In this document: piece after piece, positions 33,054 to 47,599 of the stretch
How the letters are laid out: each line of letters opens with the position of its first letter
Numbering within the stretch: position 1 is the first letter of the stretch
Assembly: GCF_963676685.1 (NCBI RefSeq)
Contig: NC_092348.1
Coordinates: 26,040,001-26,104,000, forward strand
Source: Mytilus edulis
Lineage: Eukaryota
DNA length: 64,000 nt
Reading direction: 5' to 3'
Notes under the pieces: model-generated
The model's input: the letters and a program-made list of their open reading frames with translations, nothing else
The model's database searches: none
What the model was told of the DNA's origin: nothing
Program-made: the position numbers and the translations under genes

Positions 33054-34525
33054 ATGGGAGATGCTCCTCCATTATTTGTGTAAGTATGAAAATTGATGTG
33101 TTTAACAAATAGTTCTTTTTTGGAATGTTATGTAAAAATTAAATGCCGTTTAAATGGACATGTAGAGATTTAAAAATTTTAAATATTTAAGATGAACAAT
33201 GTAGCCGACATTTTTATGCAAACGCAGAAAAAAAGAATAGATAGTACGGGAATATTGATTCAAAAAAGGTATGCACAGTGCTTGTACAAAAAAGTAATAC
33301 AGATGTGAAATATCATACGATTTTAAAACGTTAAGACTTTCAAAATTCAAAGATGTCGTGCCAAAAACGGCTAAGGTAATCTATTCCTGGAAGAAGAAAA
33401 TCCTTAGTTTTTCCAAAAAATCTAAGTTTTGTAAAAGGAAATTTATAAAAATGACCATATAATTGATACTCGTGTCAACACCAAAGTGCTGACTACTGTG
33501 TGATTGCCAACATCACACAGAAATTAACAACTATAGGTCACCGTACAGCCTTCAACAATGAGCAAAGCCCTTCCCGCTTAGACAGCTATAAAAGACATTG
33601 GAATGACAATTTAAAACAATTCAAACAAGAAAACTAACGGCCTTATTTATGAAAACAAAATGAAATAAAACCAAATACGTAACACATAAACAAATGAAAA
33701 CCTCGGAATTACAGGCTCCTGACTTGTGACAGGCACATACATACAGAATGTGGCGGGGTTAAACATGTCAGCCAAATATTTTTTTCTGAATTTGTGGTAA
33801 GAAGAGTTGCTCGAAGATAAAATGTGCAATTGTAAGACAATATCATCCGTAACTCTTTTTCAGGCTAATTCCTATGGTGCTCGTCGTAAAATTTGTATTC
33901 TGGATTACTATTTGTTATACATGTTCAAATAGATACCGAAATTCACGAACCACAATTATTCAACAAACAGTGGTAAGTGTATAATAATGTAACAAAAGCT
34001 TACAAGATATGTTTCTACATAGAGACATCTTACCATGAAAGTTTATTTTTTGAAAAACAGTAATGCATCTTTAATCCATTTATGGTCTATCGATTTGTAT
34101 AAGTATAAATCCTCGACATCTACAGCATTTTTTATCAATATTAATACTTGAAAATAATTTTCAAATGTAAATGCTTTATACAGTGTAGTAAACATTTGAA
34201 ATGTTGATGAATCTTTTGTTTCGTTATATGGTCGCCAGTTAGCAATACCTTAACAATTAGTAAAAACAACAATAATTTCAAAAGGGATAAGAAGGTAAAC
34301 AATAACACACATTAAAGTTCCCTTTTCAAAGTGATTTATACTAATGTGTTTTGTTTTTAGATGAAAGTGGAAGATGATAATGGCATTACTGGTATAGAAA
34401 ACCCTGGATATATGCGTCCATTTATCACCGAAACACCCGATCATAATGCAACACAAGCTGTTTTGGCACAACCACCCTACGACCATAACACAATATCACC
34501 ATGCCTTAGACAAAATTATCGTTAG
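33054..34525 (+). CDS. Small single-pass membrane protein, tandem family copy A (99 aa)
   Basis: Exons 33054-33079, 33864-33972 and 34361-34525 (canonical GT-AG, phases 2 and 0) give MGDAPPLFVLIPMVLVVKFVFWITICYTCSNRYRNSRTTIIQQTVMKVEDDNGITGIENPGYMRPFITETPDHNATQAVLAQPPYDHNTISPCLRQNYR*; same structure as copies B and C. Confidence 0.85.
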
Positions 34526-36274
34526 AACACCGCAGTATTTGTGTATTAAGTTTTGTGTATACGACTGTTAATACTTTTCGTATTGCTATCTACTCACATT
34601 AATTCATAGTGTTTTTGTCTTGAATGACTATATTGCTATGATAAGTCAACAGTAATATTTGTTTAATTCTCGTAATTTCCATGTGAGAATCATGAAACAA
34701 AGTCGAAAGAACATGAATATACCTAGTATTTATTAAATCTATTGGGAATCGAGGGCATTTGAAATGTTGAATAACTTTGTATAAATCTTTAACTCTTTTT
34801 GCTGCTTCTCATTTTCCCTTCCCTGTACATATGTTACATGCACAATTGCAAGAAAAAATATTCTTTAAGTAAACATATGAATGCACATTTCAGAAACAAA
34901 GAAATGATACAAGATGTAATAATTGAGTAACGCTTTCATATCAATCATTAATTTCGAATCAGTAAACTTTTGACGATGTATAAATATATTCAGAAATGTT
35001 TTACTCGAACATGTTATCTACCTGATTTTGTCCAATTAAGATCTGTCTTAATATTATAAAGAGCATATTCATGTCATAATTGAGTTATTTTCATATCAGT
35101 TTTGTAAGTCATACACTGATCTGATAAATTCATAATAACACATTTTTGGTATTACTAAAATTACAATTATTCATTGCCTTAAACATTATGATGTAGTTAC
35201 GTTCCGACTGAAACTCCTGTTTCATTCTATGTTCAAGATACATGTACTTGTGCTATGTCTTTGTTTGAATATGTTATAACTTTTTTAGAAATGTTTTCCC
35301 ACACTTTGTTGTCAGTCTTTATTTTTAAGACATTGTTGTTTTTGTTGCTGTTATAGTTATCACGGTGTTTTAATTAAAAAAATCTACTCATTTTGAGGAA
35401 AAAGAATGAAGTTCATAATGATATTTAACCAAGCATTGCAATGTGCTTATCAGATGAGTCAAGCATTTGTCATGTTCATCTGCTTTTAGAGGTCTTTTTC
35501 GTACGTTGTGGTATCACATAACTATTCTTGATAAAGGTTTAAAGGATCATCAACATGCTATGTCAGTGTTATGTAATGATGGTGTATTATTATGGCTGTG
35601 GTTGGTTGTTGTCCGCCATGATATTATGATACAGCAATACTGCTTTTTAGTTCACAATTACACTTGATCAATTGTAACCGAAAAAAGAAAAACACCAACC
35701 ATAGAACGCAAAGAAGAAGTATGATTTAAAAAACTGTTCGAAAGCTAAGAGGTTTTTGTTTAATTTTATTAGACAATGCTAATTCTATTCTCTATTATGC
35801 TTTTAAAAATACGAAAAACAAAGTTTCTGTGATACAATCTTATGGCGGTAAATGACAGAAAACAGTGTTTTTTACCGATGTTTATCCATTTTTTAGTTAC
35901 ATATAGCATATTTTAAGTTTGGTCTGTTTCATAAATCTCAATTATTGGCAGCACTGTCCATTCGTTGTCTATCGCCTGTATAAACAAATTAAAAAGCAGA
36001 AACGAACCATTTATTGATTGCATAAGTGTAATGGAACTAAAGTAGCAAAAGAAAAAAACGCAAACTAACTTCAAAATGTTAAATTCGTGTAATGCCAATG
36101 CCCTATATGTTTAAAAAAATTACTTTCCGTTTCGATTTACTCCCAATCAATTCAATTGTATAATTTGGTAGGTCACATTCATGAAAAGGGAAGGGGATTG
36201 TAGTTAAGAAATAAGGTACATATCCGATATCATCTGTAAAACGGTTATTCCATGACAGCGACAAAATCACATAA

Positions 36275-36402
36275 CGAACTTGTGATGGCGTCCATAAAAT
36301 TTACGAAGGGATGATTACAACTTCATCAATTGGAACTCTTGATTTAAAAGCTTCCTTGTGAGCAGCAGCACTCTATCAAGGAAATCATGATAGGGAATAC
36401 AG
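36275..36402 (-). mobile_element. Penelope-like retroelement RT fragment
   Basis: Minus strand: YHDFLDRVLLLTRKLLNQEFQLMKL*SSLRKFYGRHH. Confidence 0.7.
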
Positions 36403-38172
36403 TAAATCATGCCAGTACAACATAAGTGACTTCTGACATGAAGATACCATCAGGAACTGATAATATACAACCTGGGTTATCGGGTTATACGCCCCGCTAT
36501 ACTGCTCTGCAGAAGACTGTGAAGTCCTGGGAGATAAAATAAATCCTCAGTCGCCGTCATTAGGCAACACCTTTAACGATACTTACAATAAATAATCTTA
36601 AAATTTGAAGGAAAGTGACGAATTTAATAGTATTACCATTGAATACAGAATTAATTTGATGAATTTATAAGTATACAGAGATTGGTACACAATGGAGACA
36701 CCAGCTGTCAAAATTAAGAGACATTGTGGACACAAATACACACCTCTTCATTATAATATATTTCTGTTATGAATTACAAAATACGTTGAACCACAAACGT
36801 CAAAATTATTCAATCGCGTAGTGGAATTAACTATTTGTGGATTCTTATAAATTCTATATAACGTTTGGACTATTTTTAAATCTTGGTTTATTTCTGAAAT
36901 TGATTCTAACATACTTTTGATTTTTTAACCCTGTATGCTAACATTGCCTATGTGAAATTTTAAAATTGTTTGTATATACATTGAACGACAAATTAATGTG
37001 ATGTATAAACATTTTCTGACGTCAGACACGTGAATCAATGAATGTGTTTGTAGATAGATGTTTTTGTGTTCTGTTAAATTTTTCCTTTTAAAATTGTTAC
37101 ACGATGATGAATGCTGTACCTATATTTTGACTATTTTATTTATTATGTCTGTTTAGTGCACGCATAATTGCAAATATAACGGAATTTGACTAGACTGTCA
37201 TCAAAGTGAGAGGGTTGGCGCTATAAAACCAGGTTTAATCCACCATTTTCTACATTTGAAAATGCTGTACCAAGTCAGGAATATGACAGTTCTTGTCCAT
37301 TCGTTTTTGATGTGTTTTGTTATTTGATTTTGCCATGTGATTATGAACTTTCTGATTAGATTTTCCTCTAAGTTCAGTATTTGTGATTTTACTTTTTTCA
37401 ATAGACGTAAACATTGTTTGTTTAATTATTATAATCTTAAATACAGGTTATTTTCAATTTCCCAATTTTATCAAGGTAGCTAAAAGCTCATCCTCTGAAG
37501 CGATATTCAAATGCTTGTCTTTTACTAATTGTTTTACTCAATTTGAAAATAAAAGTTCATTTTAGTACAAACGTGATTTTAATATATTAGTAACCAAAAC
37601 ATGAAATTATATCTTTATGGTAAGCATAACAGATATGCATGCAAACGTTTTGTTACCTAGTTTATTGGTATATATACTTCTGTTCATTACTATTCATTAC
37701 CATTTTTGAGACAATCTCTTGCACATTAGGTAAAAACATTCGTTAAAAAGGTTTATTAGCGACCGTAAAAGTAAATTGTTCGTATTCCTATAGATAATTA
37801 ATTAATCTTAAAATCCTCTTAATTCTTAACCAGAATTTAATTTCTCTTTAAATACATTTAATAATTAACTCGTTTTTTTCTTTCGATCATATGAAAAAAG
37901 TTTAGAAATGTTCAGATGTGTAAATTTCTCGTATAAGTTTAAATAAGATCATATAAATAGATTGGAGCGTATCCCCAAGTTTATCTATATTTATTCATAT
38001 GTCATATTTCTATCTGTCGATACGAACATTAATCTATCTGATATACAATTCTTTTTTACATGCAGTGTAATTAGTGGGTTTTCCATATCACATATATGAC
38101 AAACTACGAGATACTGGATATGTGAATAAATTATAATCTTGTATTGAGCACAGTATTGTTTGTTATTTCAGA

Positions 38173-41100
38173 ATGGTAGATTTAATTTCATTATCTATGT
38201 AAGTATAAACACGATGAATTAAAACTATATTTTACATCAAACATTTGTACACATTCGAAATGAGATAAGAATTCTTCATTCGAGTATTAAGCTACAATAT
38301 ACAAATATGAAAAGAATGATATGGTGAAAATACCCAATATGTAGCCTCAACCAAATTAAAACTAATTAAATCAGGAAGTTGTTTTCTGTTAAGTCCATTT
38401 GAATCATTGTATTAACTGTTTTTCCTTTAAATCACTCCACAAATGAATCTTATATTATATACAAAATAAGGCAAATGATGAAGATAGTTATATTTGGCTA
38501 ATTCTCTTCTCTGAGGCCAATTAAACGAGAACCTTAATATTATATACAGTAATAATGAAGAACATCACTGTATAATATACCCATACCTATGATACATGTT
38601 CAATGTGAGCATTCTTTTAATTTTACATTTAAAAAAGCGATAAAACAATATTGACTACGGGCAAATGTAACCCAAAGATGAAATATCAAAATAATAGCAG
38701 TCAGGTGTACTCCAGACTTACAGTTTCTATAAGTCAATTCAAATACAAAACGTGTTGCACCATCACAACCATACAAGACAAAAACAAAATACCTTTGCAG
38801 GTAAACTATGCCCGACGGAATGACAAGCTTAAAATTAATAACCAAATTTCAAGACATCAAATTAACAAAGGCTCCTGACTTAGGACAAGCGCAAAAATGC
38901 GGCGGGGTTAAACATATTTATGAGATCGAAACCCTCCTCTTTACATTTAGCTAATGTAAAATGAACAAACACACAGCAATACGCACAGTGAAACTTAGTT
39001 TAAAAGAAGCCCGATACCTATTGTCAGAATATGTAACACTAGAAACTAGGCAAAATGACAATAATACATAAAAGAAGGGCGAAAGATATAAATTAACAAG
39101 GGACTAGTATCAGTAACTGACATGCCAATGCCAGACCTCAATTGAACTAAGTGATAGATAATGTCTTCATCATATGAAAACCAAGCACACATCATTATAC
39201 TCTATGTATTGAAACATTTGTTTTCAGGACACTTCCTGTAGTTGTATTTTTAAAGATAATTTTCTGGGTATCTATTTGTTGTAGATTTTCAGACAGATAC
39301 ATGAATTTATGTGGTAATCAAGGATTGAATCCGACCACACTTGATCAACACACAGTGGTAAGTGTACAGTTTATCGATATCAATTAAAATAAAAACTAAA
39401 ACATTAGAATAAACTTGTTCATGGTAAAATTTTAAATTTGAAGAAATCACTACACTACTTAAATTTATCAACAGAGCAATACAAAGCTAAGACTGGCAAA
39501 ATGTGCAGTAAAACAGCGGAATACATTCTGTATACAAGTGTTTCTCAATGTTAAAAGATTGCAAAGTTCTTCAGTTTTACGTTCTGAAATTATTATACTT
39601 TACATATAAAGTTTTTTTGTGTTGTAATCATGGTAATGATGAACAATGCATGTAGGTAAATTTTTAACTAGGATATGAAAATTTAAATACAATATGCATT
39701 AAAAGAAATAATTTCAATAAATCGAGTGTTCATAACTTGAATATTTCAATAATACTTCTGTACAAATAACTTTTTCGTTGAAAAATCCCAGTTTTTAATT
39801 TGGGTTAGTTACCTGAATATATGTATGCTCTTCAATGTAAATTCGGCATAGATGTGAGATATTATGAATTCAGTAAGAAGAAGGCATCTTTAAATTTATT
39901 TTTTGACCTTTCAAATAGAAAATCACAATGCTATTAGAAATTCACAACTTACCACATGTTTCTTAGGATATTATTTTGTTTTAATTCTCCAACCGATATG
40001 AAAGGGGTCTTTTGAATTATGTTCCTCATTTTCATCTCTTAAAGAAATAAAAATACATGCAACAACCGTGTAGATTCATGTGATCGGCGTAGTCTCTTTA
40101 GATCTTCTTCTGCTAGTTATCAACCTTATTGTTTTCTATATGATAATAAGAAGGTGTGGTATGATTGCCAATAAGATAACTATAACATATATGTCATTTT
40201 GTCCGTTTTACTTTTAATATGCAGTATGTACAAGAATGGCTGCATACGTATATCCTTTTTTTTTTTTTTTTTTTTTTTTTATAACTCTTTATGTTTTAAA
40301 TCACAACAAACATATTAGATGCATGATTTTTTTTGTAAGTTGTTATTGCCATTGAACTAACTGTCAGTAACTATGAGTGTTGTGTTTCATATTTGTTTTT
40401 CGTTCATTATTTTGTGCATTAGTTTTATGGTTTGAATTGTTTTACCTAGGTCATTTCGGGGCCTTTTATCGGGGACTATGCGGTAAGAGATTTTCTCATT
40501 GGTGAAGCATTACAATGCCTTATAGTTGTTGATTTTTGTGTACTTTGGTCTCTTATGAAGGGTTGTCTCATTGCAGTCATACACATCTTCAATTGTTTTG
40601 TTTGATATAATCTCGGATATTGAATCAACTGCATAAGATAAAGATCAGAACTATTTATGATATCCAGCATATAATTATTAGTATGACAAAAAACAAACAA
40701 TTCATATCAAAGAAAATGAATCTAATCTTATACATTACTTGTGACAGTAATACGTCGTTGATTCTTGATTGCCAACTTGTAGTTTATATTAATATGTATC
40801 TACTGTTGGTTAATTATTATTTATTGGATACCCATTGTCGTGGGTTTCGTGTATACAGGTGACAACGAATTCAAATGTTCAACGAATAACACATTTTCTA
40901 TAGGATGCCAATGAAGGGATTGGCAAAACCACGATATAAAATATCCACAAAAAAGTTTTCTTCAATGATTTTATCCACAATATAAATGACCAACAAATAT
41001 GATTCCACAGTGTATTAAAAAGAGACTCAGATGATATCAATGAAGGATATTTAAACTCATAAGTCGAAGACAAACCAACTCATTGATGTAAAAAAAAAAC

Positions 41101-43818
41101 ACGAATAGCACCGAAACACAAACAAATTCTGTATGAAACAAAACATTCACAAATAAAGACAAAACAACACAAATCACAAATCTTATAGTTCCTGAAGATT
41201 AAGCATATCGTATTCTTAATTTCAGTCTTTACGCTTAACCACAAGTCTTAGGGCATAGGTTTGTAAAATTGCTAATGGGCATGTAAAATTCTTCTATAAA
41301 GGCCAACAGAATCCAATAAAATTTTTCTAAAAAATGAGCTTCTGGCGTGTGGACTTTAAAGTTACGAGTGAATGCTGAAATGTAGTGTCATTTTGTTGCG
41401 CATGTACCTTAAGATTCGGTAAAACGTCTCATTTTGTTATGTTACATTCTAGTCAAAGAGGACGGGATTACATTTACGATAGATAAAATACACGTAAAAT
41501 TGTGATGGCCTCGATAACATTTACGGATAGCTTGTTTGGTTGTGGTTCTTGAGTGTTTAAGGCTATTACATAATTTCTAAAAGTTGTATCATTTATTTGT
41601 TTAAACGCACTTTACAAAAGGAATACAAGTTATTCAAGTTAATAGTGTATAATAGGCGTCCGTCTGTGAAATTGTGATTGAAGATGACCTGAATTAACAG
41701 GATGCACTTTTACATAATAAATATGTAATTTTCAAAGTTTTCTATTTCTATTGAAATGTACATAACTAAAAAGTTTTAGTATAACATATGTTAACATGAA
41801 GTATATCTAACAGAGTAACCCATTTCTATTTCTTCATATTTATAGAAAGAAATAAGGAGATGTGGTATGATTGCCAATGAGACCACTCTCCATCCACATC
41901 ACAATGTGTAAAAAGTAAACAATTATAAATCAAAGTACGACATTCGACACGGAATCTTGGCTCACAACGTAAGGCAAGCTATAAAGGGTCCTTAAAGGAC
42001 TATTGTAAACAATTCATAAAGGAAACCAAAGATATCATCTTTATAATAAACGAAAAACATTTTTTAACCACATCAACAAACGACAACCATTGAACTACAG
42101 GTTTTTGACTTAGGACAGATGCATACACATGCACCGGGTTTAAACGTTTTAACAGGCGCTAACCTTCACCCTTACCTGAAACAGTAGTATAACATTTTAG
42201 CATATAAAAGACACAATAAAAATATCAATTGAAATTGCTTAACTTGTACAAACAAAATATATACAAAAACAAGAGTACATACACAATAACGCACAATAAT
42301 TACAATATTAGTACAAAAGATGTAAAAAATGTAGGTTTTATGTAACTGGATGTTTATATCATTCTAAATAAGAAGCAATTATTGTCAATCTCCTTTGCAA
42401 TAATAAACCTTTTAACTCACATTTATCCTCTTAGTGCATCTTGGTTGTGGTAATGTTTTGCCTCAGATTGCAATTTTCTAAACGTTGGTTATACGCTGGT
42501 CGTGCATTTAAAAAGTAAAATCACAAAAATACTGAACTCCACGGAAAATTAAACCGTATGGAAAGTCCCTAATCAAATGGCAAAATCTCAAAAAAAAAGC
42601 TCAAACACATCAAAAGAATAGATAACAAATTTCATATTCCAGACTTGGTACAGCATTTTTCTTCTGTAGAAAATGTTTCTTTAAAACCTGGTTTTAAAGG
42701 GAGCGTAACCTCTAACTTGTATGACAGTTGCATCAGATTCCATTATATTGACAACGATGCATGAAAAAAACAAATCTAATTGGTAAAAATACAGCAGTCA
42801 CCACTGTTTTATAAATGCGATTTGAAATAACAGATCTTCAATGAGCATGTGGACGTAGAAGGGTGTAGGAGGATGTAGAACACCTACAAAAAGTCCGGAG
42901 TTGTGAATGCTTAACGTGTCTTTCCAACTTATACCCGTTTCTAGGACACAAAGCTTCAACTACTATTGTATTCTTATTCCAAAATTATAATTATTATTTA
43001 TCAGCTCCAGGACGTGAAATTCACGACGAAAATCGGAATCCAATATGTACTTATAGATTAGTCACGAATTTGCTTTCTAACATTCTTCAACCATATGTTT
43101 TGGAGTTTTTCACTGAACAAGGGTACACACCTTTATAGGGGTTAGCTGAAGCCCTTCTCCATGTTCATGATTTTTTCCGTTGTGCTGAATACCAAATGGT
43201 AGCCTTTGGCTGTTTTCTGTACTTTGTCGGGTTGTTGTCACTTTTAAACATTCCATGTCTATTCTCTATCTAATTCCAACAATACAAATATCAAGTAAGA
43301 ACATTCAACCAAAGTTATCGATCAGGTGTAGATTCCTAGGAATCGAAAAGATCTCCTCTTATAACTTCAATCAAAATATTTACAGCTTTTTTTTGCTATT
43401 ATTCCCAATGCCATATTACAAAACTCGGTTACATTCTTTGACATTGATTTATCTACAAAAATTGTAATCGTAGATACATTTTATACAATCGTTTATGTTT
43501 TCAGAAATCAGGGATTCTTCATAATCACTGATTAAACAAATTCAGTGTTTCATATACATATATCAATTGATCTAATTATTAAAAAAATAATACAAGATTA
43601 AAGCTTATAATAACATTCATATTCTATTGTTTCATTGTGAGTTATAAAGATGTACTTTTTGATCAGATGATGGGCCAGGTGACAATGGTGTTGCTGGTAT
43701 TGAAAATCCTGGATGGATACCACAGCCTTCATCTAGCACCGAAATGACAAGGTCAAACTCAACACAATCATCGGCGCCACCTGTCGTCAAAGCTCCAGGC
43801 TACGCAGAACAATATTAA
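38173..43818 (+). CDS. Small single-pass membrane protein, tandem family copy B (exon phase between exons 2 and 3 unresolved)
   Basis: Exons 38173-38198 (MVDLISLSM), 39228-39357 (TLPVVVFLKIIFWVSICCRFSDRYMNLCGNQGLNPTTLDQHTV) and 43667-43818 (DGPGDNGVAGIENPGWIPQP...APPVVKAPGYAEQY*, starts in phase 1); candidate extra exon 43005-43046. Confidence 0.65.
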
Positions 43819-44314
43819 TGTAATCGGAATACGAGGGATTATTATTGTATTTGCAAGAAAACGACTCGTTTGTGCTGCGTACTACTCATCTGAATTCAAT
43901 TGTATTTCATTACTAAGCAAGTTGTTGTTATATTAAACAAAACAAATGCACTATCCAGGACTGTTGTATTCTATTAATTCATTTTGATATCACGGTATAC
44001 AGTGGAAAGTATCTATAAATAGATATGTATGTTACATTTTAGTGTATTGATTAACATGTAAATTGATGATTGACTCTGTAGAAAATTAAAATGCTTTGCT
44101 TACAATTCTCAATGTACCCATTTTACATGCATTGTGTTATAAAAGAAATTAAATTGATGATTTCAGAATGAACAAATAAGCCGTTAGTATTAAGACTGTT
44201 TTACTCCACACCAATCGCAGTCCAGCTTAATCATTTAAACATGAAACATATATGTCAATGATTATTAACCATATCCTAACAATGTTGCATAATACATGCG
44301 TTGTTGTTATCTAT

Positions 44315-45863
44315 GGCCGTGTTCACACCAAACGCCGTGTAGAGTAAACATGTTTACAATTAGTTTAGTGTAGTGTACACTGGTTTCACATTACATTTGT
44401 TTACATCTATACACCTTGTTTAGCTACCTGTACATAAGATTTGTTCCCACTTGTAAACTATATGTCATTTAAATGTTCATTACGTAGAACTGAATTCAAA
44501 ATTTTTGGACAATTTTTCTAGCGGTAAGGGAACAACCATTTGTCTTCAAAAGGGGGTGGGGTGGAAATGGAAATATTCCGTTCCCCAATTTGATAAAAAA
44601 AGTGGTCATACACATGATAAAAAAAATTTATTCTGAATCAAGAGTTTCCCCATACATTATAGTGTTAAATATTGAAAAAAAAAGTATTTGATCACCAGCA
44701 TCGAAAAAAAGGAATAAAAACGTACGCGCGAAAAAAAATCTGACTCAGATAAAAAAAAAAATAACCCTCCCCCTTTTTTTAAGTTAAGTGGTTGCTACTT
44801 TATGAAAGCCATTTTTATTATTTGTAGTAGTTTGAATATACTAGAGATGTCTCGATTACGCATTAGAAAACGTTAGCTGCAGCAGCGTGCTTACAGCCGA
44901 AAAAAAAAGGATTGAGATATTAGGGATCACTACATTTTTATCTTTTCTGTTTGTTTCAAATGGTATTTCTTCTCCAAGTAGTATTTGGTCAAGGAATAGG
45001 GTAACGTTTTTTTTTTATTTATTTTAAGTGTTATTTAACGGATCTGAGATACTAGACAAACGTATCATTTACCTCACACTTTTTTTAGTCCAGATTTATG
45101 CGTGAATCGTTGTTTGAGTAAAGACCAGTGGCGAATATTTCTGTGTACGCCAAGTCGATTCGGGAAGACCTTTTCAAATGAATTAGGCAGCAACTATTTA
45201 CTTCATTTTTTGGGGAGGGGAAAGGGGAGCGGGGGGAGGGGGGTAGGGGGCGTGGGCTATTGATTTTTTTCAGGACAAATTTTGGTGACAAGTCGAAATC
45301 AATTTTAGCATTATATATAGTGGCAGCTGAGGGTGAAACAAAAAAAAAAACAAAATTCAGGGCCAAAAACTGGAAACATTTTTGGTTTCCAAAACAAAAT
45401 CCATAGCTCACCACCCCCACCCCCTTGCCTTTATGTTTTATACTCAACTATAATAGCCCCCCCCCCGAAAAATCAATTGGTTGCTGCCTTATGGGTTCGG
45501 CAATGATGCTGCTTTGAGTCTTGATAAAGAACGTTAATTTTTTTTAACAAAAAAAAATCTGTAAAATTTAGACAATAATTTCTGTAAAGAACTATGTACT
45601 AATAATTATCAAAAATATCAATTTTACTCAAAAATAGTTTCCTCCTTAAATATATATACACGGTAAAACTAATGTCCTAAATGCCTAGTTTTGTGTACAC
45701 TTAACCTACACAAGGCCTACATTGACTATCGACTGTGTGTAGATAAAACATGATTTAAACTACATGTAAACATTGAGTTTTATCAATGGGAACGCAATTG
45801 TGTTTAGTTTACGTGTGAGTTACACTAACACAACACCGAATTTAGGTCAATGTGAACACGGCC
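44315..45863. mobile_element. PIF/Harbinger-like element with nested MITEs (~44528-44799; 45186-45488)
   Basis: tat|GGCCGTGTTCACA...TGTGAACACGGCC|tat; inner tta|GGCAGCAAC...GTTGCTGCC|tta. Confidence 0.8.
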
Positions 45864-46000
45864 TATGATAGTGATTCTATGTTGTGCTTGTGTACTATTA
45901 TTTGTCTTCTTGTCTTTGTTAGCCATGGCGTTGTCAGTTTATTTTCGATACTTGAGTTTACAAACATATACCAATAATTTTAATTTAGGACCTTTGCCTC

Positions 46001-46286
46001 TGTTGTGAATGTGACTTTGTCTTCGTGTCCGTAATGCCGCAAACCAATGTTAACGTTGTTTCCCGTATTTTTGAAGTTGTGTGATAGTGACGTGAGCGAG
46101 AGAGATGTGTTGCCGGATGGACAAGAAGGCTGAAAGTTTGTACTGTCGGAGTGTATGCCGTGTATTCTGTATTTTATGTTAACGTCTGTATATACATATA
46201 GTGTGAATAAATCGTGACTGTTATTTTCTACAAAGATGGTGTTAAGTTACAAATTTATGAACGCTCGGAATTCTACGTTTACAACA
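46001..46286 (+). mobile_element. Solo LTR (286 bp) with 5-bp TSD
   Basis: gcctc|TGTTGT...ACAACA|gcctc; internal AATAAA ~46205; empty paralogous site at ~60000-60050. Confidence 0.85.
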
Positions 46287-47599
46287 GCCTCTATATATCT
46301 AGTAATATGATGCCTCGAGAGAGGATGGTATAAGTATGTCGCCTTCTGTTTTTGAATGTGTGCGAGATATTCGGAATTCTCTAACTTTATCCATGAATTG
46401 ACATTAAAAATTGTGTTTATAAACTCCTACTTTTCACAATTTCATAACTTGATTACATATAGTTTAAAATACAGTTCTATTATTTATATGATATCAACGT
46501 ATAGCAGCTTTGTTATTTTGAAAAAGAGTAGCAAACATCTTTAATTCAATAATGTTATTTTTATTAGTTTTTGTTATTCTTTATTTTGTTCTTTAATTTT
46601 GTAGACGATTAAATCGCGAAGTTAAAATGTTTGCATTCTGCATGTGTGGGTCAAATTACTATTCTAGTGTTTAAACATAATTAACAACACATCATTGATA
46701 ACTGAGAGTTCTATTAAGAAAAACTACTACCCGTTCATTTGGTTCATAAACTAAACTTTAATGCTTTAAAATATGTCTGCATTGTCAAATATGTTGAACC
46801 AGGAACTTTATATGTATCAACTGGTGAGAGTAATAACAGCTTTGTCGAAATTTCTTTTTAGATCGTTGAAATGACACACGAATTAGTGTTTTTGAAGAAA
46901 CTACATTATGCTACTTTAAAAATGCTACTTTTTGTACTCTTCTTTCTGTTTTTGTTTACTTTTTATTCAAAATAGGATTCAATATTTGAAAGTCAAGAAT
47001 GTAAAAGAACCGGGACAATTGAATAGCTTCAAGACCAGTTTTATACGACAGACATTGATATAAAGGTAAGTCATCTGCGTTAAAATATGAAAATCAAAAG
47101 TTATAAAAAGTGATTGGAAATCCACATCTTCATATCTGTTTGTTTAATTCCTTTTTGTTACAATGAATATCTTCCCTGTCATGGGTTAGTTGAATAGTTG
47201 ATTACTTACTCAGAAAATAGACCCACTTTATGCATTTGGCTCAATATGTTTTCGATATCTATTCATCCTCGGCTTTCAAATATTGTTGATTGAGCGTTTC
47301 CGGAGAAAGTTAATGGAAGCTCGAGAATCAGGTTCAATCCACCATTTTCTACATTTGAAAATGCCTATACCAAGTCAGGAATGTGACAGTTCTTGTCCAT
47401 TCGTTTTTTATGCGTTTTGTTATTTGTTTTTGCCATGTGATTATGGACTTTCCGAATTGATTTTCCTGTAAGTTAAGTATTTTTGAGATTTTACTTTTTA
47501 TTAAACTTCAATTAAGTTTATCAGATGTCAGATGTTTCGATACTAACATGATTTATAACAAAATGTCATCAATTGTATGTTAACATATTAATACACTAT

